Shown here in pieces: positions 35,244-44,889 of a DNA stretch of 64,000 nucleotides. The stretch comes from an uncultured beta proteobacterium (GTDB lineage Bacteria; Pseudomonadota; Gammaproteobacteria; Burkholderiales; SG8-39): contig CAIUKQ010000309.1 in assembly GCA_903899705.1 (NCBI GenBank), positions 6,484 to 70,483 on the forward strand, read 5' to 3'. Every line of letters starts with the position of its first letter. Positions within the stretch are counted from its first letter, which is position 1. A program made the position numbers and the translations under genes. The notes beneath the pieces are model-generated. The model searched no databases. It was given only the letters and a program-made list of their open reading frames with translations, and had not been told where the DNA came from.

Positions 35244-36020
35244 GTGCGGATGACGGAAATTCACGCTTCCCGAAAATACGCACGCTGGCCGGCCCGGGTC
35301 CTCCTCGCGCTGCCCCTCGGTATGGCCTTCGGGGCCTATGCGCAATCGCAGGTCGTGAGCATTTCGATAGCCGGTACGCTCAATAAAGGACACGTCGAGG
35401 CGATGCGCTCGGCCATCCAGAAAATGCGTGGTGAACCGCTGCCCACCGGTTTGATTATCATCGTGGACAGTCCCGGTGGCGACGGCCGCGCTGCAATCGA
35501 AATGGGCCGCATGGCAAGGGTGCACAACGCCCATATCTTTGTCAGGGGGACCTGCCGCAGCGCCTGCACCTTTCTGTTTGCCGGCGGCGTCTATCGCGAT
35601 GCGCGCGCCTTCGACATCGGCATCCACCGGGCGCGAATCACGCGGCCGGTACCTGGAGGCGGCGAGGTCGATGTCGACCTCGCTGCCAATCCGCAGGCGC
35701 GCGAACTGCTTGATATTGCCGAAGGTGAAGCTCGGGACTATCTTGCGGAAATGGGTGTGCCAAGATTGTTCGAGGCGATGCAGAAGACGCCTGCCTCGCA
35801 GATGCGGTTGTTGCGAACAGACGAGGCGAAGGAACTGGGGTTGCTCGGGTTCGATGCCGCGTATCTCGAGCGCCAATTCGACAAGACCCGGCCGCGCTAT
35901 GGTTTCAGCCGCGAGAGATTGCTGGAGCGCGCCAGCCATGTTCGCGACCGCTGCGAGCAGGAACTCAACGACCCCTCCAAATTTGTTGCCTGCTACCGTC
36001 CTGCCATTCTCGCCGACTGA
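35244..36020 (+). CDS. hypothetical periplasmic protein with ClpP/SppA-like DSPGG motif (COG3904-like)
   Basis: Signal-like ARVLLALPLGMAFGAYA. IIIVDSPGGDGRAAIEMGR..CRSACTFLFAGG. Family assignment is by resemblance only. Confidence 0.55.
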   Translation: MRMTEIHASRKYARWPARVLLALPLGMAFGAYAQSQVVSISIAGTLNKGHVEAMRSAIQKMRGEPLPTGLIIIVDSPGGDGRAAIEMGRMARVHNAHIFVRGTCRSACTFLFAGGVYRDARAFDIGIHRARITRPVPGGGEVDVDLAANPQARELLDIAEGEARDYLAEMGVPRLFEAMQKTPASQMRLLRTDEAKELGLLGFDAAYLERQFDKTRPRYGFSRERLLERASHVRDRCEQELNDPSKFVACYRPAILAD

Positions 36021-36108
36021 CGCATCTCCCGGCCGACGTACGCGGTTCCGGCAGGCTGTGTAACATGTCGCGCTCTTTGAAGCGTTTACCCATTATTTGG
36101 AGGAGTTT

Positions 36109-37035
36109 ATGAAGATCGTCGTTTTTGGTCCGGACCGCCGCGTCGGCGCGCTGGAAGGCAGCAAAGTCATCGATTTGAACCGCGTCGATTCGAGCATACC
36201 GGCCGATCTGGCCGCGATGATTGCGGCCGGCAAGCCGGCCATCGAGGCCGCGAAAAAGGCGATTGCAAAAGCGTCAGGCGATGCAGTGCAGGATGCTGCC
36301 AAGGTCAAGCTGCATGCGCCCTGGCCCGGCAAGCGCATTGCCATGGTGGGGGGCAATTACGCCGACCACCTGGCCGGCATGGAAGCCAACATGCACAACA
36401 AGCCGCTCACCGGCGACTCGATCAAGCAGGCCTACGAGGTGGCGCGCAGCAAGGGCCACTGGGGATTCTGGAAGGTGCTGGACGAGTGCGCCGGCGACGG
36501 CGACGAGGTGCCGTTTCCCAAGCGAACCAAGTACCTGGATTACGAAGGTGAAGTGGCCATTGTCATCGGCAAACGGGGCAAGGACATCAAGGCATCGCAG
36601 GTTGCCGATTACGTCTGGGGCGTGACCATGATCAACGACTGGAGCATTCGCGACGGCAATGCGCTTCCGCGAGGGATGAGCTACAACACCGCAAAGAACT
36701 TCGACCGTTCCTGCTCTGTCGGCCCCTGCATCGTCGTTGGCGAAGTGGACTTCCAGAACGTGGATGCCCAGACCAAGGTCAACGGCGAGGTGCGTCAGAG
36801 CTTCAACAGCAAGGACATGATTTTCAATTTCGGTGAAGTCCTTGAGTTCCTGTCGCAGGACTTCAGCTTTGTGCCCGGGGACATCATCAGCGGCGGCACG
36901 GCCAAGGGAACGGCGGCCGACCAGACCAAGAAAAATGCCGACGGCACGAAACCGACCGACCTGTTCCTCAAGCCGGGCGATACCGTGGAGATATCCTCAC
37001 CCCAGATCGGCAGCGTCAGCAACAAGTTGGTCTGA
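36109..37035 (+). CDS. fumarylacetoacetate hydrolase (FAH) family protein
   Basis: MKIVVFG.., DYEGEVAIVIGK, NDWSIRD, GDIISGGT. GGAGG SD before ATG 36109. Confidence 0.85.
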   Translation: MKIVVFGPDRRVGALEGSKVIDLNRVDSSIPADLAAMIAAGKPAIEAAKKAIAKASGDAVQDAAKVKLHAPWPGKRIAMVGGNYADHLAGMEANMHNKPLTGDSIKQAYEVARSKGHWGFWKVLDECAGDGDEVPFPKRTKYLDYEGEVAIVIGKRGKDIKASQVADYVWGVTMINDWSIRDGNALPRGMSYNTAKNFDRSCSVGPCIVVGEVDFQNVDAQTKVNGEVRQSFNSKDMIFNFGEVLEFLSQDFSFVPGDIISGGTAKGTAADQTKKNADGTKPTDLFLKPGDTVEISSPQIGSVSNKLV

Positions 37036-37869
37036 TCAGAAGACGGCGCGTGTCCTGCAGGCGATCCAGAGTTTCCTGAGGGGTGTGAGCGTCGTTAGGT
37101 GCGTGAGCACCTGAAAACCATCGCGGCGGATTTCACCCAGTTCGCCGCGGTGGATTCCGGCCATGATGAGGACCGGGTGCTGTGAGCGCCGGTCCACCGG
37201 TGGCAATCCTGCGATGGCATCAGCGCAATGCTGTTGGGCGCGGTCGGCCTGGAATGCCATCAGTTTCCTGAATTGGGGGCTGTCGCGTCGGTTGAGAATA
37301 TCGGCCGCGGGGACCTCGAAGTGCTTGAGTTCATCCATCGGCAGCAGGACGCGGTTCCTGCGAACCTCATCGCCAATATCACGGAGGATCTGGATCAGCG
37401 TGCAGGCGCCCCACAGTGTTCCGGCAGCGGCCACAGTGCGCTCTTCCCGGAACCCGCACACACGTGCACTCAGGCGCCCGACCTCGTCAGCCATGCTCCG
37501 GCAGTACGCTTCCAGGGATTCAAAATCGGACTGGCGCTGCTCCTCGAGGCGGCGCTGCCGGCCGTCGATGATGCCGGCCAGTTCCTCCCTGCCTATTCCG
37601 AATGGATCGAGCACCTCCTGAAGTTCCCGCGTGACAGGATGCTGAGGCGTACCGGCCAGCAGTTGAGCGGTCTCATGCCGCCACCATGCCAGCTTCGCAT
37701 GGGCGACTTCCGGACCGGCGGGCGCATCCACGGCGTCGTCCAGTTCCCGGCAGTACGCCTGCAGCGCCGTCAGTGCGCGTCGTCTCTGCGGCGCCAGGAA
37801 TAGAAAGGCATAGTGGAACGTCGAACCGTCCGGTGCCGCTTTTTGACGGCAATATTCCTCGGGTGTCAT
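37036..37869 (-). CDS. squalene/phytoene synthase family protein (HpnD-like)
   Basis: STFHYAFLFL..RRRALTALQAYCRELDDAVD (first Asp-rich motif) and a later DxxxD-type region. MTPEEYCRQ start (37869) matches typical family N-termini; track start is 37926. Confidence 0.8.
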   Translation of the reverse strand: MTPEEYCRQKAAPDGSTFHYAFLFLAPQRRRALTALQAYCRELDDAVDAPAGPEVAHAKLAWWRHETAQLLAGTPQHPVTRELQEVLDPFGIGREELAGIIDGRQRRLEEQRQSDFESLEAYCRSMADEVGRLSARVCGFREERTVAAAGTLWGACTLIQILRDIGDEVRRNRVLLPMDELKHFEVPAADILNRRDSPQFRKLMAFQADRAQQHCADAIAGLPPVDRRSQHPVLIMAGIHRGELGEIRRDGFQVLTHLTTLTPLRKLWIACRTRAVF

Positions 37870-38133
37870 AGATGTTCCGCGAATCGGATCGGGTCGGATA
37901 GAACCTCGAAACAAGGTCGGTTCCATGGGCCTATTCGATGCCGGTTTGATCCCGGCAGCACGGTACTATCCACTTCAGTGACAGGCATCCTGCGGGTGAC
38001 TATCGAATCGATCTGTTGCCACTCGGCGGGAATGCCAAAATTACTCAAAAATTCAAACACATTCATGCCTTTTTCGGGACAGTATAGGGGCCTTAAGGTA
38101 AAATAAACGCAACAAAGGGTGGCTAAGGCTATC

Positions 38134-38218
38134 GCGAGGGTGGCGGAATTGGTAGACGCACTGGATTTAGGTTCCAGCGCCGCAAGGCGTGGGGGTTCGA
38201 GTCCCTTCCTTCGCACCA
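38134..38218 (+). tRNA. tRNA-Leu (anticodon TAG)
   Basis: 85 nt, type II with long variable arm. Acceptor GCGAGGG/CCTTCGC, anticodon loop TTTAGGT, GTTCGAGTC T-loop, encoded CCA. Confidence 0.92.
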
Positions 38219-38330
38219 GCTACCTTCATGCCAGCGATCCGCCATCGCCCGGTGTGGGTGTTGAGTGAGATTTACGAACACGGGGACCCCCCCGATTTTT
38301 GGTTGTCATTTGAGGCGAAACAGGACGGCA

Positions 38331-39638
38331 ATGCAGACAAATCTGGAAACACTGGGCGCGCTTGAGCGTCGACTGAGCATGGCGGTTCCCGCCGGAGAAA
38401 TCGACAAGGAAGTTGATAATCGATTGAAAAAGCTTTCGAGCACGGTGCGCATGCACGGGTTTCGCCCTGGCAAGGTGCCGATGAAGATCGTGAGCCAGCA
38501 GTATGGCATTCAGGTCCGCTCGGAAGTCATCGGGGATGCGGTGCAAAAGGAGTTCGAGCAGGCGATCGAGGTCAACAAGCTTCGCGTTGCCGGTAACCCC
38601 AAAATTGAACCCGGCAAGGACGAGGATGCAACGCACCTGTCCTTCGCGGCAACTTTCGAGGTCTACCCGGAATTCAAGTTGGGCGATATTTCCGCCGTAA
38701 AGCTTGAGAAGGCAACGCTGGAAGTGACCGAAGCCGATGTCGACCGCACCATTGAGGTGTTGCGCAAGCAGCGCGTGACATATGCCGATGCGGGCCGTGC
38801 GGCGCAGGCGCAGGACCGGGTGAGTGTGGATTTTGTCGGACGCATCGACGGCGTCGAATTCGCAGGTGGCAAGGGAACCGACATGCCGGTGGTGCTGGGC
38901 GAGGGACGGATGCTCCCGGATTTTGAATCTAATCTCACCGGCGTGAAGTCCGGCGATGCAAAGACCTTCGATGTGAAATTTCCGGAGGATTACGGCAACA
39001 AGGAACTGGCGGGCAAGACAGCCAGCTTCGAAATACATGTCAAGAAGGTCGAGGCGCCGCAGTTGCCGGCGATCGATGCGGAATTCGCCAAGGCACTAGG
39101 CGTAGCCGATGGCGACATGGATAAAATGCGCTTGGAAGTTCGCGCCAATGTGGAGCGGGAAGTGAAAAAGCGCCTTGAAGCGGATATCAAGCAGAAGGCG
39201 ATGCAGGCGCTGATCGATTCGACGCCGGTTGAACTGCCCAAATCGCTGGTGCAGATCGAAATGCAGCGCCTTGTTCAGTCCACCCGCCAGGATCTGGAGG
39301 CGCGTGGCATGAAGATGGACCAATTGCCGATCAATCCGGAAATGTTCGAAACGCAGGCGAAGCGCCGCGTCGGCCTGGGCCTGATCATCGGGGAACTGGT
39401 GTCGACGAAGGAACTCGCCCCCAAACCCGAGCAAATCCGCGCTCTGGTCGAGGACTATGCACAAAGCTATGAGCAGCCAACCGAGATGGTAAGATGGCTT
39501 TACTCGGAACAGCAGCGTCTCGCCGAGTTCGAGGGGCTGGCCATCGAGTCCAACGTGGTGGCCTGGGTCCTGAATAACGCGAAGGTCGAGGACAAAGCTG
39601 TTTCGTTCGATGAATTCATGAACAAGGCGGCGGCATGA
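38331..39638 (+). CDS. tig: trigger factor
   Basis: [20 protein letters not shown].., GFRPGKVP motif. AGGA SD before ATG 38331. Confidence 0.93.
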   Translation: MQTNLETLGALERRLSMAVPAGEIDKEVDNRLKKLSSTVRMHGFRPGKVPMKIVSQQYGIQVRSEVIGDAVQKEFEQAIEVNKLRVAGNPKIEPGKDEDATHLSFAATFEVYPEFKLGDISAVKLEKATLEVTEADVDRTIEVLRKQRVTYADAGRAAQAQDRVSVDFVGRIDGVEFAGGKGTDMPVVLGEGRMLPDFESNLTGVKSGDAKTFDVKFPEDYGNKELAGKTASFEIHVKKVEAPQLPAIDAEFAKALGVADGDMDKMRLEVRANVEREVKKRLEADIKQKAMQALIDSTPVELPKSLVQIEMQRLVQSTRQDLEARGMKMDQLPINPEMFETQAKRRVGLGLIIGELVSTKELAPKPEQIRALVEDYAQSYEQPTEMVRWLYSEQQRLAEFEGLAIESNVVAWVLNNAKVEDKAVSFDEFMNKAAA

Positions 39639-40312
39639 ACTGGTTAGGCGGTCTGAACGCGACGGCGGGTGCCCCCCAAGGTGCGATGGAGCCGCAGGGC
39701 CTTGGGCTCGTGCCCATGGTCATCGAACAGAGCGGGCGCGGTGAGCGCGCCTATGACATCTATTCACGGCTGCTCAAGGAACGGGTGGTATTCCTTGTCG
39801 GTCCGGTCAATGAAGTCACCGCGAACCTGATCGTAGCCCAGTTGCTGTTCCTCGAGTCGGAAAATCCCGACAAGGACATCTTCTTCTACATCAATTCCCC
39901 GGGCGGCTCGGTTTCGGCCGGTCTCGCGATCTACGACACCATGCAGTTTGTGAAACCCGACGTTTCCACGCTGTGCGTCGGACAGGCGGCCAGCATGGGT
40001 GCGCTGCTTCTGACTGCCGGCGCAAAGGGCAAGCGGGTCTGCCTGCCCAATTCGCGCGTCATGATCCACCAGCCGATGGGCGGTTTCCAGGGCCAGGCCT
40101 CGGATATCGAGATTCACGCCAGGGAAATCCTGTTTCTGAAGCAGCGCCTGAACGAAATCATGGCCAAGCACACCGGGCAGGATGTTGAGCGCGTCGGTCG
40201 CGACACCGACAGGGATAATTTCCTGTCGGCGTCGGAGGCCGTGAGTTATGGTTTGGTCGACCGTGTGCTTTCGTCGCGTGACGAAGCACTTGCGGCCAGC
40301 AAGTCAGCGTAG
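39635..40312 (+). CDS. clpP: ATP-dependent Clp protease proteolytic subunit
   Basis: [50 protein letters not shown]. Start is ATG 39635 (ATGA overlap) or ATG 39686. Confidence 0.95.
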   Translation: MNWLGGLNATAGAPQGAMEPQGLGLVPMVIEQSGRGERAYDIYSRLLKERVVFLVGPVNEVTANLIVAQLLFLESENPDKDIFFYINSPGGSVSAGLAIYDTMQFVKPDVSTLCVGQAASMGALLLTAGAKGKRVCLPNSRVMIHQPMGGFQGQASDIEIHAREILFLKQRLNEIMAKHTGQDVERVGRDTDRDNFLSASEAVSYGLVDRVLSSRDEALAASKSA

Positions 40313-40330
40313 GCAAAAATAGGGGAAGCC

Positions 40331-41596
40331 ATGACGGAAAAGGCGAGCGGCGAAAAACTTCTCTACTGTTCCTTTTGCGGCAAAAGCCAGCATGAGGTGA
40401 GGAAGCTCATCGCCGGTCCGTCCGTGTTCATTTGCGACGAATGCATCGAACTCTGTAACGACATCATTCGCGAGGAAAGCAGCACCGACAAGAGCGGCAA
40501 GCCGGTCAAGTCCGACCTGCCCACTCCCCACGAAATCTGTCACATCCTCGATGAGTACGTGATCGGACAGGAGCCGGCAAAGAAGATCCTCTCGGTTGCG
40601 GTCTACAACCACTACAAACGTCTGAAACACCTCACCAAGAGCGACGAGGTGGAACTCTCGAAGTCCAACATTCTTCTTGTGGGCCCAACCGGTTCCGGAA
40701 AAACGCTGCTTGCTCAGACGCTTGCGCGGCTGCTCAATGTTCCGTTTGTCATCGCCGATGCCACCACACTGACCGAAGCGGGTTATGTCGGCGAGGACGT
40801 CGAAAACATCATCCAGAAGCTGCTTCAGAACTGCGACTACGATGTCGACAAGGCCAAGCGCGGCATTGTCTACATTGACGAAATCGACAAGATCTCTCGC
40901 AAATCGGACAACCCGTCGATTACCCGCGATGTTTCGGGTGAGGGCGTGCAGCAGGCCCTGCTGAAACTCATCGAGGGCACGATTGCCTCGGTCCCGCCAC
41001 AGGGCGGCAGAAAGCACCCGAACCAGGATTTTGTGCAGGTGGACACCACCAACATCCTGTTCATCTGCGGAGGCGCTTTTGACGGCCTGGAAAAGATCAT
41101 TCGCGGCCGCTCGGAGAAGGCCGGCATCGGTTTTGGCGCCGATGTGCGCAGCATGCGCGACGCCAAGGACATCGGCGCGATACTGCGCACCGTAGAACCC
41201 GAGGATCTGCTCAAGTACGGCCTGATTCCGGAATTTGTCGGCCGCCTGCCCGTGGTTGCGACGCTGGAAGAACTGGATGAAAAAGCACTTATCCAGATTC
41301 TCACTGAACCCAAGAACGCACTGATCAAGCAGTATCAGAAGCTGTTTCTCATGGAGGGTGCCGAACTGGAAGTGCGTCCGGCGGGCCTTAATGCCATTGC
41401 CAAGAAGGCGCTTGCACGGAAGACCGGCGCACGGGGCCTTCGTTCCATCATCGAGCAGGTTCTGCTCGAGACGATGTTCGATCTGCCCAACCAGGAGAAT
41501 GTTTCCAAGGTGGTGGTGGACGAGTCAACCATCGTCGGCGAAGGCAAGCCTCTGCTCATCTATTCGGACCCACCGAAGGTCGCGGGGTCGGCATGA
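40331..41596 (+). CDS. clpX: ATP-dependent Clp protease ATP-binding subunit ClpX
   Basis: Zn-finger [44 protein letters not shown]. Confidence 0.96.
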   Translation: MTEKASGEKLLYCSFCGKSQHEVRKLIAGPSVFICDECIELCNDIIREESSTDKSGKPVKSDLPTPHEICHILDEYVIGQEPAKKILSVAVYNHYKRLKHLTKSDEVELSKSNILLVGPTGSGKTLLAQTLARLLNVPFVIADATTLTEAGYVGEDVENIIQKLLQNCDYDVDKAKRGIVYIDEIDKISRKSDNPSITRDVSGEGVQQALLKLIEGTIASVPPQGGRKHPNQDFVQVDTTNILFICGGAFDGLEKIIRGRSEKAGIGFGADVRSMRDAKDIGAILRTVEPEDLLKYGLIPEFVGRLPVVATLEELDEKALIQILTEPKNALIKQYQKLFLMEGAELEVRPAGLNAIAKKALARKTGARGLRSIIEQVLLETMFDLPNQENVSKVVVDESTIVGEGKPLLIYSDPPKVAGSA

Positions 41597-41610
41597 ATGT
41601 CCCAACGCCG

Positions 41611-41638
41611 GGGGAAGGCAGTATTTCCCCTTCAGTTT
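41611..41638 (+). terminator. candidate clpX terminator
   Basis: GGGGAA-ggcagtat-TTCCCC followed by TTCAGTTT. Modest stem. Confidence 0.35.
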
Positions 41639-41727
41639 AGCGGGTTGATTTCGACGCATTCGCCTCAACATACTCTCCGGCGCCTGATTTGTTCAGTCGG
41701 CGCGCGGTCGCAAGTTGTGTTTCACTT

Positions 41728-41745
41728 GGGAAGCTAGAGCTTCCC
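41728..41745. promoter_or_regulatory. palindrome GGGAAGCT-AG-AGCTTCCC upstream of lon
   Basis: Perfect 8-bp arms separated by 2 nt; ends 32 nt before the lon ATG. Confidence 0.3.
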
Positions 41746-41776
41746 AGTCTCCAATCTTCATTTTTCTGGAATATTC

Positions 41777-44188
41777 ATGGCCAGTACCAGCACACTACCG
41801 CCCGATCTTGCCGAATTTCCATTGCTTCCCTTGCGTGATGTCGTGGTGTTTCCGCATATGGTCATTCCGCTGTTTGTGGGTCGCCCGAAGTCGATAAAAG
41901 CCATGGAAATTGCCATGGAAGCCGGCAAGCCCATCCTGCTCGTCGCGCAGAAATCCGCGGCGAAGGACGATCCGGGCGCCGAAGACCTGTACAACATCGG
42001 TTGCATAGCGAACATTCTGCAGATGCTCAAGTTGCCCGATGGCACGGTCAAGGTTCTGGTTGAAGGCAACCAGCGCGCCACGATCGCCTCCGTGACCGAT
42101 CTGCGCACCCACTGCGTCGCTGAAGCCCATCCGCTTCCCATCGATGCCAAGGAAAACACAGAGGCCGAGGCAATGCGCCGGGCGCTGGTCGCCCAGTTTG
42201 ACCAGTACGTCAAACTCAACAAGAAGATCCCCCCGGAAATCCTCACATCCCTTGCGGGCATCGAGGAAGCCGGCAGGTTGGCCGATACCATTGCCGCTCA
42301 TTTGCCGTTAAAACTTGAACAAAAACAACAGATTCTGGAGATGTTCGAGGTCAAGAAGCGTCTTGAGCACCTCCTGTCCCAGCTGGAATCCGAAATCGAC
42401 ATCCTGCAGGTTGAAAAGCGTATCCGTGGCCGTGTCAAACGCCAGATGGAGAAGAGTCAGCGCGAGTATTACCTGAACGAACAGGTCAAGGCTATCCAGA
42501 AGGAGTTGGGCGAGGGCGAAGACGGCGCCGATCTCGAGGAAATGGAGAAGAAGATCAAGGCGGCCCGCATGCCCAAGGACGCCAAGAAAAAGGCCGATGG
42601 CGAACTCAAGAAGCTGAGATTGATGTCGCCCATGTCTGCCGAGGCGACCGTGGTGCGCAACTACATCGATATTCTGGTGAACCTGCCATGGCGCAAGAAG
42701 AGCAAGATTTCCAAGGACATTGCGGCTGCTGAAAAGATTCTCGATGCCGATCACTACGGGCTTGAGAAGGTCAAGGAACGCATCCTCGAATACCTCGCGG
42801 TGCAGAGCCGGGTTGACCAGATGAAAGCACCGATCCTCTGCCTGGTGGGGCCACCCGGCGTGGGCAAGACGTCGCTTGGCCAATCCATTGCGCGTGCAAC
42901 CAACCGCAAATTCGTGCGCATGTCCTTGGGCGGGGTGCGTGACGAGGCCGAAATCAGAGGCCACCGTCGCACCTATATCGGCTCCATGCCCGGCAAGATT
43001 CTCCAGAATATGAACAAAGTGGGGGTTCGCAATCCCCTGTTCCTGCTCGACGAAGTCGACAAGATGGGAATGGACTTTCGTGGCGATCCGTCTTCGGCGC
43101 TCCTTGAGGTGCTGGATCCGGAGCAGAACCACACCTTTGTGGATCACTATGTCGAGGTCGAATACGATCTGTCAGAGGTGATGTTTGTCGCTACCTCCAA
43201 CACGTTGAACATCCCCGCGGCCCTGCTTGACCGGATGGAAGTGATCCGCCTTTCGGGATACACCGAGGATGAGAAGGTCAACATTGCCCAGCGCTATCTG
43301 CTGCCCAAGCAGATGAAGAACAACGGCGTGAAGAAAGAGGAGTTGCAGGTCGCCGAAGGCGCGATACGCGACATCGTCCGTTACTACTCGCGGGAAGCGG
43401 GCGTTCGAAGCCTCGAGAGGGAGATTTCCAAGATTTGCCGCAAGGTGGTCAAGGATCTGGTGACCAAGCCGCGCGACAAACGCATTGCCGTGGTGCCGAA
43501 GAACCTCGACAAATATCTTGGCGTGCGCAAGTACAGCTTCGGCATGGCTGAAAAGGAAAACCAGGTCGGCCAGGTGACAGGCCTTGCCTGGACCGAAGTC
43601 GGTGGCGAATTGCTGACGGTGGAAGCGGCGCTCATGCCCGGCAAGGGCAAGGTGCAACGCACCGGAAAACTCGGCGAAGTCATGCAGGAGTCGATTGCCG
43701 CCGCGTTGACTGTTGTTCGCAGCCGCGCGGTCAAGCTTGGCATACCCGCCGAGGATTTCGAGAAGAAGGACATCCACGTCCACCTTCCCGAGGGAGCGAC
43801 GCCGAAGGACGGTCCGAGCGCCGGTGGTGCGATCACCACCGCGATGGTGTCGGCAATGACCGGGATACCGGTTCGCGCCGATGTGGCGATGACCGGCGAA
43901 ATCACCCTTCGGGGCGAGATCCTTGCGATTGGCGGCCTCAAGGAAAAGCTGCTGGCGGCACATCGCGGCGAGATCAAGACCGTGTTGATTCCTGAAGAGA
44001 ACGTAAAGGACCTCACTGACATTCCCGACAACATCAAGAATCAGCTCGAAATCGTCCCGGTGAAATGGATCGACCAGGTGCTTGAGCGCGCTCTGGAGCG
44101 CATGCCCGTGCCCCTCAAGGTCGAGGCGGTGGTGGCCGCTGCGGCGGTTGTGGACGACAAGGCCGCCACCACCGTTATCACGCACTAG
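41777..44188 (+). CDS. lon: Lon protease
   Basis: 803 aa. [40 protein letters not shown] catalytic Ser region. Confidence 0.96.
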   Translation: MASTSTLPPDLAEFPLLPLRDVVVFPHMVIPLFVGRPKSIKAMEIAMEAGKPILLVAQKSAAKDDPGAEDLYNIGCIANILQMLKLPDGTVKVLVEGNQRATIASVTDLRTHCVAEAHPLPIDAKENTEAEAMRRALVAQFDQYVKLNKKIPPEILTSLAGIEEAGRLADTIAAHLPLKLEQKQQILEMFEVKKRLEHLLSQLESEIDILQVEKRIRGRVKRQMEKSQREYYLNEQVKAIQKELGEGEDGADLEEMEKKIKAARMPKDAKKKADGELKKLRLMSPMSAEATVVRNYIDILVNLPWRKKSKISKDIAAAEKILDADHYGLEKVKERILEYLAVQSRVDQMKAPILCLVGPPGVGKTSLGQSIARATNRKFVRMSLGGVRDEAEIRGHRRTYIGSMPGKILQNMNKVGVRNPLFLLDEVDKMGMDFRGDPSSALLEVLDPEQNHTFVDHYVEVEYDLSEVMFVATSNTLNIPAALLDRMEVIRLSGYTEDEKVNIAQRYLLPKQMKNNGVKKEELQVAEGAIRDIVRYYSREAGVRSLEREISKICRKVVKDLVTKPRDKRIAVVPKNLDKYLGVRKYSFGMAEKENQVGQVTGLAWTEVGGELLTVEAALMPGKGKVQRTGKLGEVMQESIAAALTVVRSRAVKLGIPAEDFEKKDIHVHLPEGATPKDGPSAGGAITTAMVSAMTGIPVRADVAMTGEITLRGEILAIGGLKEKLLAAHRGEIKTVLIPEENVKDLTDIPDNIKNQLEIVPVKWIDQVLERALERMPVPLKVEAVVAAAAVVDDKAATTVITH

Positions 44189-44235
44189 CAGGCATTTCGC
44201 CGGCAGTTTCCATAGGCAAGACTGAAAGATATAAC

Positions 44236-44508
44236 GTGAACAAGACAGAAATCATCGAACACATCGCCAGCTCGGCAGATATTTCAAAAGCGGCCGCGGC
44301 CCGTTCTCTCGAAGCCATCGTCGCCGCAATCAAGGTGTCCATGCGCAAGGGCGATCCGGTCACGCTGGTTGGTTTCGGCACCTTCTATGTCAGCAAGCGC
44401 GCAGCCCGGGAAGGCCGCAATCCGCGCACCGGCGCTGCGAGTAATATCAAGAAGGCCAACGTTCCGAAGTTTCGCGCTGGCAAAGCGCTCAAGGATGCGC
44501 TAAACTAG
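44236..44508 (+). CDS. hupB: DNA-binding protein HU-beta
   Basis: 90 aa. [19 protein letters not shown] start. Confidence 0.92.
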   Translation: MNKTEIIEHIASSADISKAAAARSLEAIVAAIKVSMRKGDPVTLVGFGTFYVSKRAAREGRNPRTGAASNIKKANVPKFRAGKALKDALN

Positions 44509-44559
44509 ATCCCCTTGATTGGCCTGGTCTGGTTAGTACAACCTGGCCGGATTCTTGAA

Positions 44560-44635
44560 GGGTGCTTAGCTCAGTTGGTAGAGCGTCGCCCTTACAAGGC
44601 GAATGTCGGCGGTTCGAACCCGTCAGCACCCACCA
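44560..44635 (+). tRNA. tRNA-Val (anticodon TAC)
   Basis: 76 nt. GGGTGCT/AGCACCC acceptor, anticodon loop CTTACAA, GGTTCGAACC T-arm, encoded CCA. Confidence 0.93.
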
Positions 44636-44721
44636 AAAACAAGAAGATGTGGTCGATATATTCCCTGGTGCGTATCATTGCCCGTCAATGGCCAGCAGAG
44701 GGGACAGCAGTAAATGAATTT

Positions 44722-44798
44722 GGAGTGGTAGTTCAGTTGGTTAGAATACCGGCCTGTCACGCCGGGGGTCGCGGGTTCGAGTCCCGTCCACTCCGCCA
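44722..44798 (+). tRNA. tRNA-Asp (anticodon GTC)
   Basis: 77 nt. GGAGTGG/CCACTCC acceptor, anticodon loop CTGTCAC, GGTTCGAGTCC T-arm, encoded CCA. Confidence 0.93.
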
Positions 44799-44806
44799 AT
44801 ACAATG

Positions 44807-44832
44807 AAAGGCGAACCGAGGTTCGCCTTTTT
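44807..44832 (+). terminator. rho-independent terminator after the tRNA pair
   Basis: AAAGGCGAAC-cgag-GTTCGCCTTT plus TT: a 10-bp stem, tetraloop and T-run. Confidence 0.75.
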
Positions 44833-44889
44833 CGCTTGAAAGCGCCTTCGTCGCGGTAACGTTGTTAGACCGGAAGCGGAATCCAGATC

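Noticed and set aside
37866-38216. 116-aa minus-strand ORF whose TGA overlaps the HpnD-like ATG (ATGA). It might look like a coupled upstream gene.
   Set aside because: Its 5' half is antisense to tRNA-Leu. The remaining part (from ATG 38066) is rich in rare codons for this genome (ATA, CTA, CGA, AGT, AGG), has a low third-position GC look and no SD. More likely this is promoter or UTR sequence.
33730-38218. Possible genomic islet between radA and tRNA-Leu (AT-rich left border, tRNA at right border, mixed-function cargo).
   Set aside because: I see no integrase, no direct repeat of the tRNA 3' end and no mobility genes. The cargo lies on the 5' side of the tRNA rather than the usual 3' side. 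The evidence is insufficient.
41597-41746. 49-codon ORF starting right after the clpX stop, and a sigma32-like CTTGGGA...CCCAGTCT promoter for lon.
   Set aside because: The ORF has no SD and an implausible sequence. The promoter-like boxes are only 11-12 nt apart, against the roughly 13-15 nt I recall for sigma32 promoters, and the -10 match is weak.
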